A stretch of DNA of 64,000 nt, from the sequence record NC_016163.1, one strand, 5' to 3'. How positions within the stretch are numbered: the first letter of the stretch is position 1; the number at the start of each line of letters is the position of its first letter. Positions 19,530 through 29,860 of the stretch are shown here, in pieces. Position numbers and translations under genes: made by a program. Below the pieces are notes generated by a model. That model was given only the letters and a program-made list of their open reading frames with translations. It did no database searches and was not told the DNA's origin.

Positions 19530-22316
19530 TTAAGGTTTGTAAGTCATAATAATGTTTTTGGCTAAACCATCATTCAGACTTACATATTTGTAAATAACGC
19601 TAAATGCTGATCCGGTAGAATAATTCACAAATCCATAAAGTGCAGCAGTATTCTTTATTAAGTCCATTACAAACTGAGATGGATGAGGGATAACGGTATA
19701 CGAATCATCTACTAAATTGTACTTAATAGCCCGTTCATAGTTAAGGATAAACATCTCATTTGGGTTTGTAGCCGATAAACACCCAGCAGTATATCTGGCG
19801 TCCGGATATAATTTTCCAGTATCAGTCCAAGTATTAGTTAAAATATTATAGTATATCTTCCTATTAGGTTGATCGTTTAAGGTATTAAATACATATATTC
19901 TTTCATTTACATTATCGTAAACAAAAGCAGTGGTACGTATTTTATATGGGCAGTCAGCCATTCTAGTTACAGAATCTGTAGCTGGATTATAACAATAAAG
20001 TCTTTCAGAAGTTGAAGAGTAACCTATACCTTTGGCTTCATTATTACAAAGCCCATAAAAAATTCTTCCATCATTAATTCTTACTGCACTACCATCAGCA
20101 AAAGCAATACCTAGATTTTCTACCGATACATTAGATAATGACCATGTATTAGTAGAAAGATTTAGTTTATAAAAACGAGAAGACATTGTATCGCTCCAGC
20201 TAGTTGGATAATTACTTGGTCTTCCATAACCACCTAACATTATCATTTCATTAGGACTACATGGTACTAGAGGGACTTGACCGCCTGGAAATAACTGATT
20301 GTCGGATAATCTATTTATTCCAGTAGATTTTTTATACGAATACCAACGTTTACTAGAATACATGCAATTATTAGTATAATCGAACCCATAAAACCCTCCA
20401 AACAGTAGATTACCGTTTGCATCTCTTCCCATACATTCACTTATATAATCTATATAGTTTGCAGTTGCAGCAGATGTGTTATCCTTTAAATCCGCTGAAG
20501 AATCATATACGTTCATAATACTGGAGGGGATGATCGCATCTATTTCCCAAACGCCTAAAGTGTTATAGTGATACTTGTTGTCATCATAGAAGAAGAAAGA
20601 CTGACCCGTTATATTTTGAGTAGTTACTTTAGTGGTACTATTATATGATGGAACGATAGAAGGTTGTCCTATCATTAATCTGCCATCATTTAATTTAGTG
20701 GATGGACAAATAGCTAAACTAATTGGTGCAGAAGATAGAGCTGAGAAGGTTTTGGTAGTATGATCATAGATAGTCATAGCTAAGTTTGTATTAGCGTAAT
20801 TGTCCCTATTTAGATAAGAATTAAAGTTAACACCTGGTTTATATCCACCGATTATAGCCACTCTATTATCAGATAACTTCTCTAATACAGGTACAGTACA
20901 TTGTAATGGATTTCCAGTTACAGGAGTGAATAGATATGAATTCATATCCCAAATATAGTTTTTAGGGTTATTGTATAGATCTCCGCCATTGAATGCACAC
21001 GAATCAAATGCATGAACAAAGAAAAGATTGTCTACAAGATGTACTACTCTCATATCAAAATTACTAAATACCGTGTCTGATCTAGGAATAAAGTAATTAG
21101 CAGTATCTTTACCAGCCTTAGTCCATTTCTTAGTTTCGGTATTATAAATAAATGGATATCTATAGTATGGTCTATATGTGTTGACATCAATTGATGTATT
21201 AAGTGCAGAGTTATAGCCCAACACCCCACCCATAATTACAATATTTTTTCCATCCGGATGGATAGCTAGACCATACTTATCCCATCCACTTACTGTAGGC
21301 GATTTAGTTTCTATAGACCATAATTCAGTTTTAGGGGAATATCGATAAACGTATTTAGGGTAAGGCCTTAACTCATTTAGTATAGCTGGCGTAAGGTTCT
21401 GATTGGGAATAGTGGCTCCCGCAATAACACTATAACCGAAGAATACCAGTACATCACCATCTGCCAACGTGACACATTTTGAGTTATTAATCGGGAACCA
21501 AGGAAATCTAGCAGTTTTTCTCATTTCTCCAGTGTATGGGTTGATGATCCATGCATTATTCCAAGTTTTTAAAGTTCCGCCTCCCAAGCCACTAGCACCG
21601 TTAGAGTTGTTCCCTGCAGTACTATTAGCCGCTGGCGAATCCATTTCTAAGAAGAATACATTACCATCTTTTAAAGTAGTCATGTTAGTCATGCCTGGAG
21701 CGACATGTAACATGTTCATTTCCACAGTATCCCATTTAGAATTACTAATATTATTTTTATAAATTACTGATTTACTTCCAATGAAATCAGAAGTCGTAAT
21801 AGTTATATCAGTAGTTTCTATAGAAACTGAAATAAATCCAGAGAAATATACTTCTGCATCCACAGTGGTTTCAATCTGAATAGCCACCCAAGTTTTACTT
21901 TGATAAGTAACGAACATTACCGTATCATTACTGGAAGCATTTTCTAAATTAGCTCTTGCAATAGAGCTAACGCCTATATTTGCACAAGTGCTAAAAGTCC
22001 TAATTTTATTAGTATTATCTTTAATAATAAAATCGCCATCAATTACAAAAACACCTGAATCTACAGGAGTTAATAGAATATAATGGAAACCATTTCTAGC
22101 AGTCATTGAGATAGTTTTACCAATAAACTTATTATTAAATTCATAAGTATTACTTGCAATGGTAGCAGTACCTCCGGCAGAGATAAAGTCAGCTACCATT
22201 TTATCATTTGTGTATTCGGCATTATTAGAAGCTAATAAATTATTATCCACTTTAGTTAAAGCGTCATATTTTACTATTCTACCAACGTTCTTAGCTATCT
22301 GTCTTGTCTTAGACAT
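19530..22316 (-). CDS. Kelch-repeat beta-propeller virion protein 1 (928 aa)
   Basis: LADGDVLVFFG, YSPKTELWS, IVIMGG, YNTETKKWT, VAIIGG, LLFGG, MIMLGG. Confidence 0.85.
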   Translation of the reverse strand: MSKTRQIAKNVGRIVKYDALTKVDNNLLASNNAEYTNDKMVADFISAGGTATIASNTYEFNNKFIGKTISMTARNGFHYILLTPVDSGVFVIDGDFIIKDNTNKIRTFSTCANIGVSSIARANLENASSNDTVMFVTYQSKTWVAIQIETTVDAEVYFSGFISVSIETTDITITTSDFIGSKSVIYKNNISNSKWDTVEMNMLHVAPGMTNMTTLKDGNVFFLEMDSPAANSTAGNNSNGASGLGGGTLKTWNNAWIINPYTGEMRKTARFPWFPINNSKCVTLADGDVLVFFGYSVIAGATIPNQNLTPAILNELRPYPKYVYRYSPKTELWSIETKSPTVSGWDKYGLAIHPDGKNIVIMGGVLGYNSALNTSIDVNTYRPYYRYPFIYNTETKKWTKAGKDTANYFIPRSDTVFSNFDMRVVHLVDNLFFVHAFDSCAFNGGDLYNNPKNYIWDMNSYLFTPVTGNPLQCTVPVLEKLSDNRVAIIGGYKPGVNFNSYLNRDNYANTNLAMTIYDHTTKTFSALSSAPISLAICPSTKLNDGRLMIGQPSIVPSYNSTTKVTTQNITGQSFFFYDDNKYHYNTLGVWEIDAIIPSSIMNVYDSSADLKDNTSAATANYIDYISECMGRDANGNLLFGGFYGFDYTNNCMYSSKRWYSYKKSTGINRLSDNQLFPGGQVPLVPCSPNEMIMLGGYGRPSNYPTSWSDTMSSRFYKLNLSTNTWSLSNVSVENLGIAFADGSAVRINDGRIFYGLCNNEAKGIGYSSTSERLYCYNPATDSVTRMADCPYKIRTTAFVYDNVNERIYVFNTLNDQPNRKIYYNILTNTWTDTGKLYPDARYTAGCLSATNPNEMFILNYERAIKYNLVDDSYTVIPHPSQFVMDLIKNTAALYGFVNYSTGSAFSVIYKYVSLNDGLAKNIIMTYKP

Positions 22317-22356
22317 AGATAAATCCTTCGTATTAGATTTTCTTTATATAAATATA

Positions 22357-22369
22357 CTAAGAAATTGTT
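22357..22369 (-). promoter_or_regulatory. late-type promoter AACA-N6-TAG
   Basis: Exact motif upstream of Kelch gene 1. Confidence 0.7.
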
Positions 22370-22408
22370 AAAGAACCCCTATAACTTTCATAAGTTATAG
22401 GGGTCTTA

Positions 22409-23095
22409 TTAGTTATCACCAAACATTGAAACAGGTTTTTCAGGCCATACAATTGTAGAAGGATCTACAGTAGAGATTTTATAAACTGCAATACGATATT
22501 TCTTCCATTCAGCCAATTTAGCTTCAACAGCTTCAATATCATCAGCCATTTCAAAGTCAAGCATATCTTGATAAATATTGATATGCTCAAGGGCTTCAGA
22601 CATCAGAGTCTGTTTAGTTTTGTTAGCTGCATCGATAGATGCTTGTAGTTTCTTGTTTTCATTGACTACCCACTTAGCACCATCCCACTCATCAAATTCT
22701 GAAGTAGGGGCTAAAAGAGTAAATCCAGTAGGAATATCACCGAAAGAAGTAACCACTTTAGGGGTTTTATCAGTGGTATTATAGATAGTATAGCCTCTAT
22801 AATCAATTACAATCTGCCAACCTTTATAGTCTACTGCACGCAGAATAGCTTGAGGTACACCTGCAGCTACTTTCTGTTTATATTCAGCAAACGGAGGTAA
22901 ATCCCGATAAGCATAAGCCGCTACAGTAACACCTACAGGTACATACTCACGGTTACTACCAATATATTCTCTGGTAGTAGAGTGAATATTATAAGTACCC
23001 ACATAACCTTCTTTAATACAAAAACCATTACCATCGAAAACAGCTTTGGTCATAGAATCAGGAATGGTTACTTCTTGAAAAATATCAGTTGCCAT
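22409..23095 (-). CDS. tail fibre assembly chaperone (Tfa / Caudo_TAP-like)
   Basis: WQIVIDYRG..FDEWDGAKWV..LAEWKKYRI..WPEKP, lambda Tfa/TfaE-like. Confidence 0.9.
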   Translation of the reverse strand: MATDIFQEVTIPDSMTKAVFDGNGFCIKEGYVGTYNIHSTTREYIGSNREYVPVGVTVAAYAYRDLPPFAEYKQKVAAGVPQAILRAVDYKGWQIVIDYRGYTIYNTTDKTPKVVTSFGDIPTGFTLLAPTSEFDEWDGAKWVVNENKKLQASIDAANKTKQTLMSEALEHINIYQDMLDFEMADDIEAVEAKLAEWKKYRIAVYKISTVDPSTIVWPEKPVSMFGDN

Positions 23096-23107
23096 TAAGC
23101 TTCTCCT

Positions 23108-25222
23108 TTATTTGGCCCTAATAATATAGTTAAATGCAATATTTCGTGGTCTATTTTCATTAGCTGTTGGTACACCACTCTTAGATGCATCAAATGTGAA
23201 ACCTGAAACTCCCCCACCAGCTCCACCACCCCCACCAGAGGAATGTGAAAATCCTGTTCTAATAATATCTAATGCACCTTCATTTGCCCATTTAAATAAA
23301 TCCGCTGTCGAAAATGGTTCATCTGAAGAAGAAAGAACGTTTAATTTACCAGTAATATTTCGAATAGCATCCCCCTGATTGGTCAAAATATTTCGTCCAG
23401 TATCTACATTTCTACCATCGTCCCAACCACGGATAAATTCTCCACGAAGATCAGGTAGGACTCCAGATGGGTAATAGTTTAATAATTTAGGGAAAGCTAC
23501 CTGATCAAAAGCACTACCATTAGCTTTCAAAAAGTTTTTAGGTGGAGTTGCTAATGGATAAGGAATTGGTACGCCTATAGGAAGTAAGAGATTATTTGAG
23601 AAATCTGTATCAGAAAATATTGTAACCCATCCGCTACTAGTGCCATCAGCTCTTAAACAGATAGCAAATACTTGACCTGAAAAATCAACGGCTATTGCAG
23701 ATTTAGAATTTGACCCACCATGATCCATTAAAAGAATATCAGAATATTGTCCAGAAGGTATTCCATTTGTATATGATGAAGAATCACCAAATCTATACAT
23801 ACCGGAAGGAGCATTTTTTAAAAAAGCAATTAAGTCTTTACCCTCACCAGAAAAAGGTACTCCTGAGCCACCCAAACCAAACGCTCCAACTTGCATCAAA
23901 CTGCCTGAAGTGGTATCGGTAATGTTAGTTTGAGCAGTTTTCTGAGCAGCACTACCTAATTCAAGATTAGTACGAGCTATTGATTTATCTGTAAGATCTT
24001 TTAAGTTTTTATCTTTCTGAGCAGCACCAGTAATGCGGCTATCGTCACCTGCAGCAACTGTACCTGTTTCCGTACCAACATTTTTGGTAGCTGAATCACC
24101 TAAACCTAGATTAGTTCTAGCTTTGGCTTTATCTTTAATATCAGATAAATTATTTTCAGTACCTAATGCTTTTAATTCATTAAGAGTAGGTAAGTTATTT
24201 GCCAGATATACCTTGGATAACTCAACTCCGTCAGCGCCATCAATACCTAAAGATAATACGCCATCAGAAGATAAAACTAAATACCCTGTAAGAGTTTTAG
24301 ATATAGGGAAAGATAGAACCCCATAATCTTTATCTACTTCAGGTTTATCCGGAGAGTCATCAGTTAATTGGTAGAAAGCGGGTATTACTGATTTAAGCGC
24401 AGCAACTTTATTATCATTTATACCTAAACCACCATCACCTACAACAATTACATTACCTTTAGCAGTACCTTTATTTAATACAGATGCTGTTCCAAGACCT
24501 AGATTTAACCTAGCAATTTCCTTATCATCGTCATCTACAATTTCTGAGAAAAGATTTGAGATTTGGAAGAAGGTATCTTTAGCCGTTTCTTTTGAATATA
24601 CATTCAAATCATTTAAGTTAGGTTTATGTTTATCCGTATAAATACTTTCTACAGCAAAAGTTCTAGAAGATGTTCCATAAGAACATCTTAAAACATATGA
24701 AGCTTTTTCATTAGCTAAGTCTGATACAAAGGCAATAAAACCACCTTTACTGGAAGTACCTGTAGCCATTACATTAATAACTACATTAACGCCTAAGTCT
24801 AGGCCAACCGGAATATTGGTTGCGGCAGCTTTTGCTAATACAATAACTTCATTAGATTTAAATTTATAAGTATTGAAGTCTAACGCTGAAATAATAGTAG
24901 ATTCTTCTAAGAAACTATTAAAATCACCTACAGAATATAACTGTCCTTTATCTGTACCCGATTCTTTAAGAGCTGCACTCTTAATTCCTAGATTTTCTCT
25001 AGCTTTTGCTTTATCTGAAATTTCTTCCAAATTACCTTCAATAGTTAAGAAAGTACTTGCTGCTTCAGATGGAGAAATTACAGTTCCATCCCCTTGCTTA
25101 TAAAATATAGCCTTTTTATCACCAACTAAGAATAATTCTCCCGGATAAATTCCGGTAATTTCTTCAGAGTTTAAGTTAGGTATAGTTCTAAGAACAAAGG
25201 CTATCCTACTTAAGTTTGCCAT
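23108..25222 (-). CDS. tail fibre protein with phage tail collar domain
   Basis: PIGVPIPYP..FLKANG..LPDLRGEFIRGWDDGRNVD collar motif; five NL-D/E---K--AR-NL repeats. Confidence 0.9.
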   Translation of the reverse strand: MANLSRIAFVLRTIPNLNSEEITGIYPGELFLVGDKKAIFYKQGDGTVISPSEAASTFLTIEGNLEEISDKAKARENLGIKSAALKESGTDKGQLYSVGDFNSFLEESTIISALDFNTYKFKSNEVIVLAKAAATNIPVGLDLGVNVVINVMATGTSSKGGFIAFVSDLANEKASYVLRCSYGTSSRTFAVESIYTDKHKPNLNDLNVYSKETAKDTFFQISNLFSEIVDDDDKEIARLNLGLGTASVLNKGTAKGNVIVVGDGGLGINDNKVAALKSVIPAFYQLTDDSPDKPEVDKDYGVLSFPISKTLTGYLVLSSDGVLSLGIDGADGVELSKVYLANNLPTLNELKALGTENNLSDIKDKAKARTNLGLGDSATKNVGTETGTVAAGDDSRITGAAQKDKNLKDLTDKSIARTNLELGSAAQKTAQTNITDTTSGSLMQVGAFGLGGSGVPFSGEGKDLIAFLKNAPSGMYRFGDSSSYTNGIPSGQYSDILLMDHGGSNSKSAIAVDFSGQVFAICLRADGTSSGWVTIFSDTDFSNNLLLPIGVPIPYPLATPPKNFLKANGSAFDQVAFPKLLNYYPSGVLPDLRGEFIRGWDDGRNVDTGRNILTNQGDAIRNITGKLNVLSSSDEPFSTADLFKWANEGALDIIRTGFSHSSGGGGGAGGGVSGFTFDASKSGVPTANENRPRNIAFNYIIRAK

Positions 25223-25268
25223 ATTAGTTTATCCTGTGTAATAAATAGTCAATGATTTTCATTGTCAA

Positions 25269-25281
25269 CTATTAAAGTGTT
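25269..25281 (-). promoter_or_regulatory. late-type promoter AACA-N6-TAG
   Basis: Exact motif upstream of fibre gene. Confidence 0.7.
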
Positions 25282-25359
25282 GAATAGAATTAATTAGAAT
25301 TTATTGAAAAATATCTCCCCTATAGCCTTAAGAGATTATAGGGGAGATATTAATTATTA

Positions 25360-25881
25360 TTATGCAAAGGGTGGTAAAGGCCATTGGTTGGCAGAGGGAT
25401 GTATATAACCTCTATTATCATGTGCATCATCAATTATCCATTGAGGCACAGATGGTAAAGGCATATCCCACCAATTATCAAGAGTGGGCCAAGTTTTAAA
25501 AGCTATACGTGTAGAAGTAACTTCTTCTTTCTGTTTATCAGTTAAAAGTGTGTCATTAATAGTGTAGTCAGAAAGCATCATTACATCTGTAGCTCGAATA
25601 AAGGTATTACGAATCCCTCTGCCAATATCTTGTTTTTCTACAGTTGAATATTGATAGGGAGGTATATCCTTCCAAGAAAAAGTTTTCTTAGATGCGTCAT
25701 AAGTTCTTTTCTTACCTTCAGGCGCATTTGTAAGGAAATATGCCTCATACACTTCAGGAGTAATTTCTATTCCATCCGTAGGCCAAGTACCTGAATCTTT
25801 ATATGATTGGTAAAGTATATATGGATAACATACATCTAATGATGGAGAATACATATAATTTAAATTGACTTCAGTATTCAT
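25360..25881 (-). CDS. tail fibre assembly chaperone (second)
   Basis: YSPS..FY..WPTDGIEI..PEGKKR..W-DIPP and C-terminal R--F--WP motif; directly after fibre gene. Confidence 0.8.
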   Translation of the reverse strand: MNTEVNLNYMYSPSLDVCYPYILYQSYKDSGTWPTDGIEITPEVYEAYFLTNAPEGKKRTYDASKKTFSWKDIPPYQYSTVEKQDIGRGIRNTFIRATDVMMLSDYTINDTLLTDKQKEEVTSTRIAFKTWPTLDNWWDMPLPSVPQWIIDDAHDNRGYIHPSANQWPLPPFA

Positions 25882-25882
25882 A

Positions 25883-28078
25883 TTAGTAACCTATAGCTAT
25901 AAATGAAAGAGTATTTGAACCGGCTGAAGCAGGGCCACCAGTACTTTCATATTTATATGCAAATCCTGAAGAGTTTGCAGGATAAACGGTTGTAACAAAT
26001 GTATTTGCCGTGTCATTAGACCCGCCAAAAGCAAACAAACATGAAGTAGGAAAAGGAATAGGATAAGTACCGTTTCCAGTTATAGAAGATGTTTTTCTAC
26101 CATCAGTATAGGTATTTTGTATTAAATTAGCATAATTTATAGATAATTTACCCCATTGTATAATTATACCAGATGGTAGTACTTGGTAGCCATTTACACC
26201 CAATACTTTCTTTAAACCAGCCCCATATGCCAAAGCTCCTTCACCAAACATATTCCAATTGCTCTCACCATTCAAGGTAGAGTTACCTTCGAATACACAA
26301 AATACAGAACTATATGCGTTTAAAGTAATGGTTTGGATTATTCCGGAGTTGGTAGGGAAACCGTGCTCAGGGGTAGGACATTTAATGGTTATAGGCCCAG
26401 TACTATAATTATAAATAGGTACAATAGACCATCCAGTAGCGTCTAACTCAGTATATACTGGTAGGGTAACAACTATACCGGGTTGGTTGAAACGGTTCCA
26501 TCTACCTATGGAATTTTTAGTCAATACCGTGCTAGTTGCGTAATTGGCAACCCCATTAAACCCATTAAACCCGACTCCTCTAATTAATTCCCTTGTACCG
26601 GCAGCATGCATTGCTTTAGTCGTATCAGTACCTTTAATAGCTTCTGATACAGTTAATAGCTGAATTAGACCAGATTTACTTTCAGTAGCGGTAGGTAAGC
26701 CACTAGTAATATCTGCCCATGTATGACTATGCTGTTTATCAGCTTTACCAGCTAACTGATTAGTTATAGTAGTAGCAAAATCAGGATCATTATTCAGTGC
26801 ATCTGCGAGTTCTTTTAATGTATCTAAAGCATCACTAGAACCACCAATAAGTTCATCAATTTGTTCCTGTACATAAGTAACGGTAGCAAAGTTAGAACCT
26901 GTGATAATTGCATTAATTTGATCTGCGGTAAGATATTTTTCTTGATCAAGTTTACCGATGTTAATGAACATAAGTTCTTCATCAGCATCACATGGATCAG
27001 TAAATACAATAGTTGTACCATCAGTAGCAGTATAGTCTTCACCACCTACTAGAACGTGACCAGTCGATAATACAATCAGAGAATCTGCATTGTATTCAAA
27101 ATCAAAACTAGTTTGACCTTCAGTAGCAGTGGTAGACTGAATCTTAGTATCAATTACTGCGCCATTACCACCAGCTCCACCACCAGTTAAACCAAGATAA
27201 GCAATATAATCGGCTACCCATTTAGTAGTAGCAATTTTGTTACTATTATCGGTTACAGCGGGAACTTTATCTTGTGGTAAAATGTTAGTAAGCTTAGACC
27301 AATCTAAAGTAGGAATGTCAGACAGTAAGATACCATCATACCCCTTAGAAGAATAAACTCTATTACCTACAGTAAGTTTACCAGTTACATTAACATTGCC
27401 ATCAAAGGTACTATTACCTTTAAGCTGGAAGAGGTCAGTTACGTTAGTAAGCTTAACACCATCATTACCTACAACAATGGTACCATCTTCTAATACTACG
27501 AAACCTTTCTTATCGTTCGAGTTAATTACTGAGAAAGAACCATCAACTACGACATTATTGTCGAAGAAATATGAACCATCATCAGTACTTGAACCAAAAC
27601 CATAAGTATTGTATACTCTAAATTTAGTACCATCAAAGAGAATATCGCAAATAGCATTTCCAGGAATGGAAGCTTTACGAAGTTCCCTACCAATAATATC
27701 TACAATAGGAAAATCTCTAGTAGCTAGAGTAGAACCATTTTTTGTAATATTAATAGTAATTGTATTTTGCCCTGCACCAATTACAGTATTGGCATTAGTC
27801 AGGAATCGAATAGATGAAGAGAAAGGCTCCAAAGCTTCTAGGAAGTTTGAACCTTCAAAATTAAAAGTAAAGTTCTTAGCGGAAGGAGTATACACCCAAC
27901 TAGCTGGTACTGCAGCTTTACCGCCACCAACAGTTACGATAATCCCTTGAAGATCTTTATAATAAAGTTGACCGGAATCCTCAGTGACAAAGTGTTCACC
28001 AGGATACACGTCATTTATTGAAGGATCCGCCATTGAGGGGATTCTCTTCAATATAAAGACAATACGACTGTTAGCCAT
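25883..28078 (-). CDS. tail fibre protein with gp53-like C-terminal domain
   Basis: LDTLKELADALNNDPDFATT (P2 gpH-like), ATEGQTSF..DYTATDGT module, NGYQVLPSGIIIQWG C-terminus. Confidence 0.9.
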   Translation of the reverse strand: MANSRIVFILKRIPSMADPSINDVYPGEHFVTEDSGQLYYKDLQGIIVTVGGGKAAVPASWVYTPSAKNFTFNFEGSNFLEALEPFSSSIRFLTNANTVIGAGQNTITINITKNGSTLATRDFPIVDIIGRELRKASIPGNAICDILFDGTKFRVYNTYGFGSSTDDGSYFFDNNVVVDGSFSVINSNDKKGFVVLEDGTIVVGNDGVKLTNVTDLFQLKGNSTFDGNVNVTGKLTVGNRVYSSKGYDGILLSDIPTLDWSKLTNILPQDKVPAVTDNSNKIATTKWVADYIAYLGLTGGGAGGNGAVIDTKIQSTTATEGQTSFDFEYNADSLIVLSTGHVLVGGEDYTATDGTTIVFTDPCDADEELMFINIGKLDQEKYLTADQINAIITGSNFATVTYVQEQIDELIGGSSDALDTLKELADALNNDPDFATTITNQLAGKADKQHSHTWADITSGLPTATESKSGLIQLLTVSEAIKGTDTTKAMHAAGTRELIRGVGFNGFNGVANYATSTVLTKNSIGRWNRFNQPGIVVTLPVYTELDATGWSIVPIYNYSTGPITIKCPTPEHGFPTNSGIIQTITLNAYSSVFCVFEGNSTLNGESNWNMFGEGALAYGAGLKKVLGVNGYQVLPSGIIIQWGKLSINYANLIQNTYTDGRKTSSITGNGTYPIPFPTSCLFAFGGSNDTANTFVTTVYPANSSGFAYKYESTGGPASAGSNTLSFIAIGY

Positions 28079-28116
28079 AATCTTTCCTAATTTTTAAATA
28101 TTTAATATGTCACATA

Positions 28117-28129
28117 CTAAATTTTTGTT
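28117..28129 (-). promoter_or_regulatory. late-type promoter AACA-N6-TAG
   Basis: Exact motif upstream of fibre gene. Confidence 0.7.
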
Positions 28130-28179
28130 AAGAAATCCCTAATGACCAGAAAGATCATTAGGGATTTAGATATTTAGTA

Positions 28180-28812
28180 TTAGTGAGTCTTTTCGAATTT
28201 TACTAAAACGAAAATTTTGCTTCCAATACTTATAGATGAAAGTGTAGCTAACCACTTTCTTGCGCCGCCCATATCTCTCAGAGAGCAAGTTAAATAATCC
28301 TCTGCATACGGGATGTAAGACTGAACATCTAGGTCTAACGAATTGATTGGTCGTTTAAACTGGTCAAGTTCCGTTAGCTTAGTTTCACACTCTATAACTT
28401 CTTCAATATTTTTACCAACTACAGTTTTATCAGATGGTATAATATTTTTCATTAAAGCATTCAAGCGTATTACAGTTCCCCAACTATTACATAAAAGTAC
28501 GGGATGACTATAAGTAGCTAATAATTTATCTAAATTAAGAGATTTACCCTTTGAATTCTCTTCATCAATAAGATCCTTCACTATTCTAGCTAAAGCAGAT
28601 ACTTCAGTTAGAGTATTTCGAGAATCTTCAACCATTTGAATAGAAAGTTCATCGGATTTAGTGAATTTAGACTCAAACTGGTTGACCGTTTCACTAAGTT
28701 GAAGGGTTGCAGAATGAGTCTCTATAGCGTCTCTATTTTGAAACACCATTCCTTTTGCCAGCTTTAGGCCAGACTTCCTAAAGAAGTCTTTGATGTGTGT
28801 TAGTATTGACAT
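28180..28812 (-). CDS. stand-alone PAS-domain protein
   Basis: HPVLLCNSWGTVIRLNALMKNI..VVGKNIEEVI PAS pattern, PAC-like LRDMGG-RKW C-terminus, N-terminal coiled coil. Confidence 0.65.
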   Translation of the reverse strand: MSILTHIKDFFRKSGLKLAKGMVFQNRDAIETHSATLQLSETVNQFESKFTKSDELSIQMVEDSRNTLTEVSALARIVKDLIDEENSKGKSLNLDKLLATYSHPVLLCNSWGTVIRLNALMKNIIPSDKTVVGKNIEEVIECETKLTELDQFKRPINSLDLDVQSYIPYAEDYLTCSLRDMGGARKWLATLSSISIGSKIFVLVKFEKTH

Positions 28813-28827
28813 AGTATCATATCATAA

Positions 28828-29157
28828 TTACTTTCGGTTAGTTAGATATACTATCAGATTCGATAGCAGTTCTTTGATTTCCTTATCAGAAGCATTTCGG
28901 AGGTTTTGCTGTTCAATTAATGACTTCATCGCCTCATCGTTTCTTTTAAGAAAACTATCCTGAATTTTTTCGATACTTTCTCGCCAAGTGTTTCTTTCAG
29001 TAGTATGCCTAGTTATTGCACTTCTATATAAACGATGGACTCTTCTGACTTCTAAAACTAAAATAATAACCATGAGGATGAAAATAGTAGTTATAGTTTC
29101 TAAACCACCGCTATATAGCTTCGCTATAAAAAGCGCATATAGTCTGCCGAAGTCCAT
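28828..29157 (-). CDS. single-TM coiled-coil membrane protein
   Basis: TIFILMVIILVLEV TM segment followed by a charged helical region. Confidence 0.75.
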   Translation of the reverse strand: MDFGRLYALFIAKLYSGGLETITTIFILMVIILVLEVRRVHRLYRSAITRHTTERNTWRESIEKIQDSFLKRNDEAMKSLIEQQNLRNASDKEIKELLSNLIVYLTNRK

Positions 29158-29199
29158 ATAGCAATCCTTCTAAAAATTTTAAACAAAACATAAAAGATT

Positions 29200-29212
29200 C
29201 TAAATTCTTGTT
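29200..29212 (-). promoter_or_regulatory. late-type promoter AACA-N6-TAG
   Basis: Exact motif upstream of TM-PAS pair. Confidence 0.7.
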
Positions 29213-29317
29213 TCAAAAACCTTAATGTGGATCATATAAATTTTAAAACTTTGTGTAAACAAACAATCTTTTTAGGATATATAATTACTTGGAATACCAT
29301 ACTTAAGGTATAAAATT

Positions 29318-29860
29318 ATGAGCCAAAAAATCTCTAAAGCTGATTTTGGTTTGATATGCTGGTACGAACTCTCAAGCTTAAAATCTAAATTTGAAAAAGC
29401 AACTTCATTACATAAAATAAGAAATCCTAAGTTTGATCATTTTTCAGATATAGAAAAAATAGGAAAAGAACTTTATCCTAAAACTTATAAAAAGATTTTA
29501 TCTTTCATTAAAAATAATGAATGGATAAAATTTGATGAAACTATAAAGGAATTGTGTGAAGGTAAAACTCCAGTTATCTTTGTATCAGTCCCCCAATATG
29601 ATATTGATAAAGATCCTAACAAATGCGGTAGGTATGCATTTGATATAATCTTCTTACCATCTGAAATCAAACCTACTACTTTTAGACAACGTTTTGGTAG
29701 ATTTTATACTGATACTAAACCTAAAGGAGAAAGATACAGACCACAATCATTATCCGGTACTTTTGTAGTAAATTCAGGATACTCTGATTATATTGATGAA
29801 GGCAATATCGAAGTTGACGATATTTATGAAATTATGGATGCTATAAAAGAAATGCTCTAA
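29318..29860 (+). CDS. hypothetical protein
   Basis: 180 aa ORF with RBS. Confidence 0.75.
   Translation: MSQKISKADFGLICWYELSSLKSKFEKATSLHKIRNPKFDHFSDIEKIGKELYPKTYKKILSFIKNNEWIKFDETIKELCEGKTPVIFVSVPQYDIDKDPNKCGRYAFDIIFLPSEIKPTTFRQRFGRFYTDTKPKGERYRPQSLSGTFVVNSGYSDYIDEGNIEVDDIYEIMDAIKEML

Noticed and set aside
11309-28078. Diversity-generating retroelement or invertible fibre cassette acting on the Kelch/fibre genes
   Set aside because: No reverse transcriptase, no template/variable repeat pair, no invertase and no flanking inverted repeats seen; all genes are co-directional
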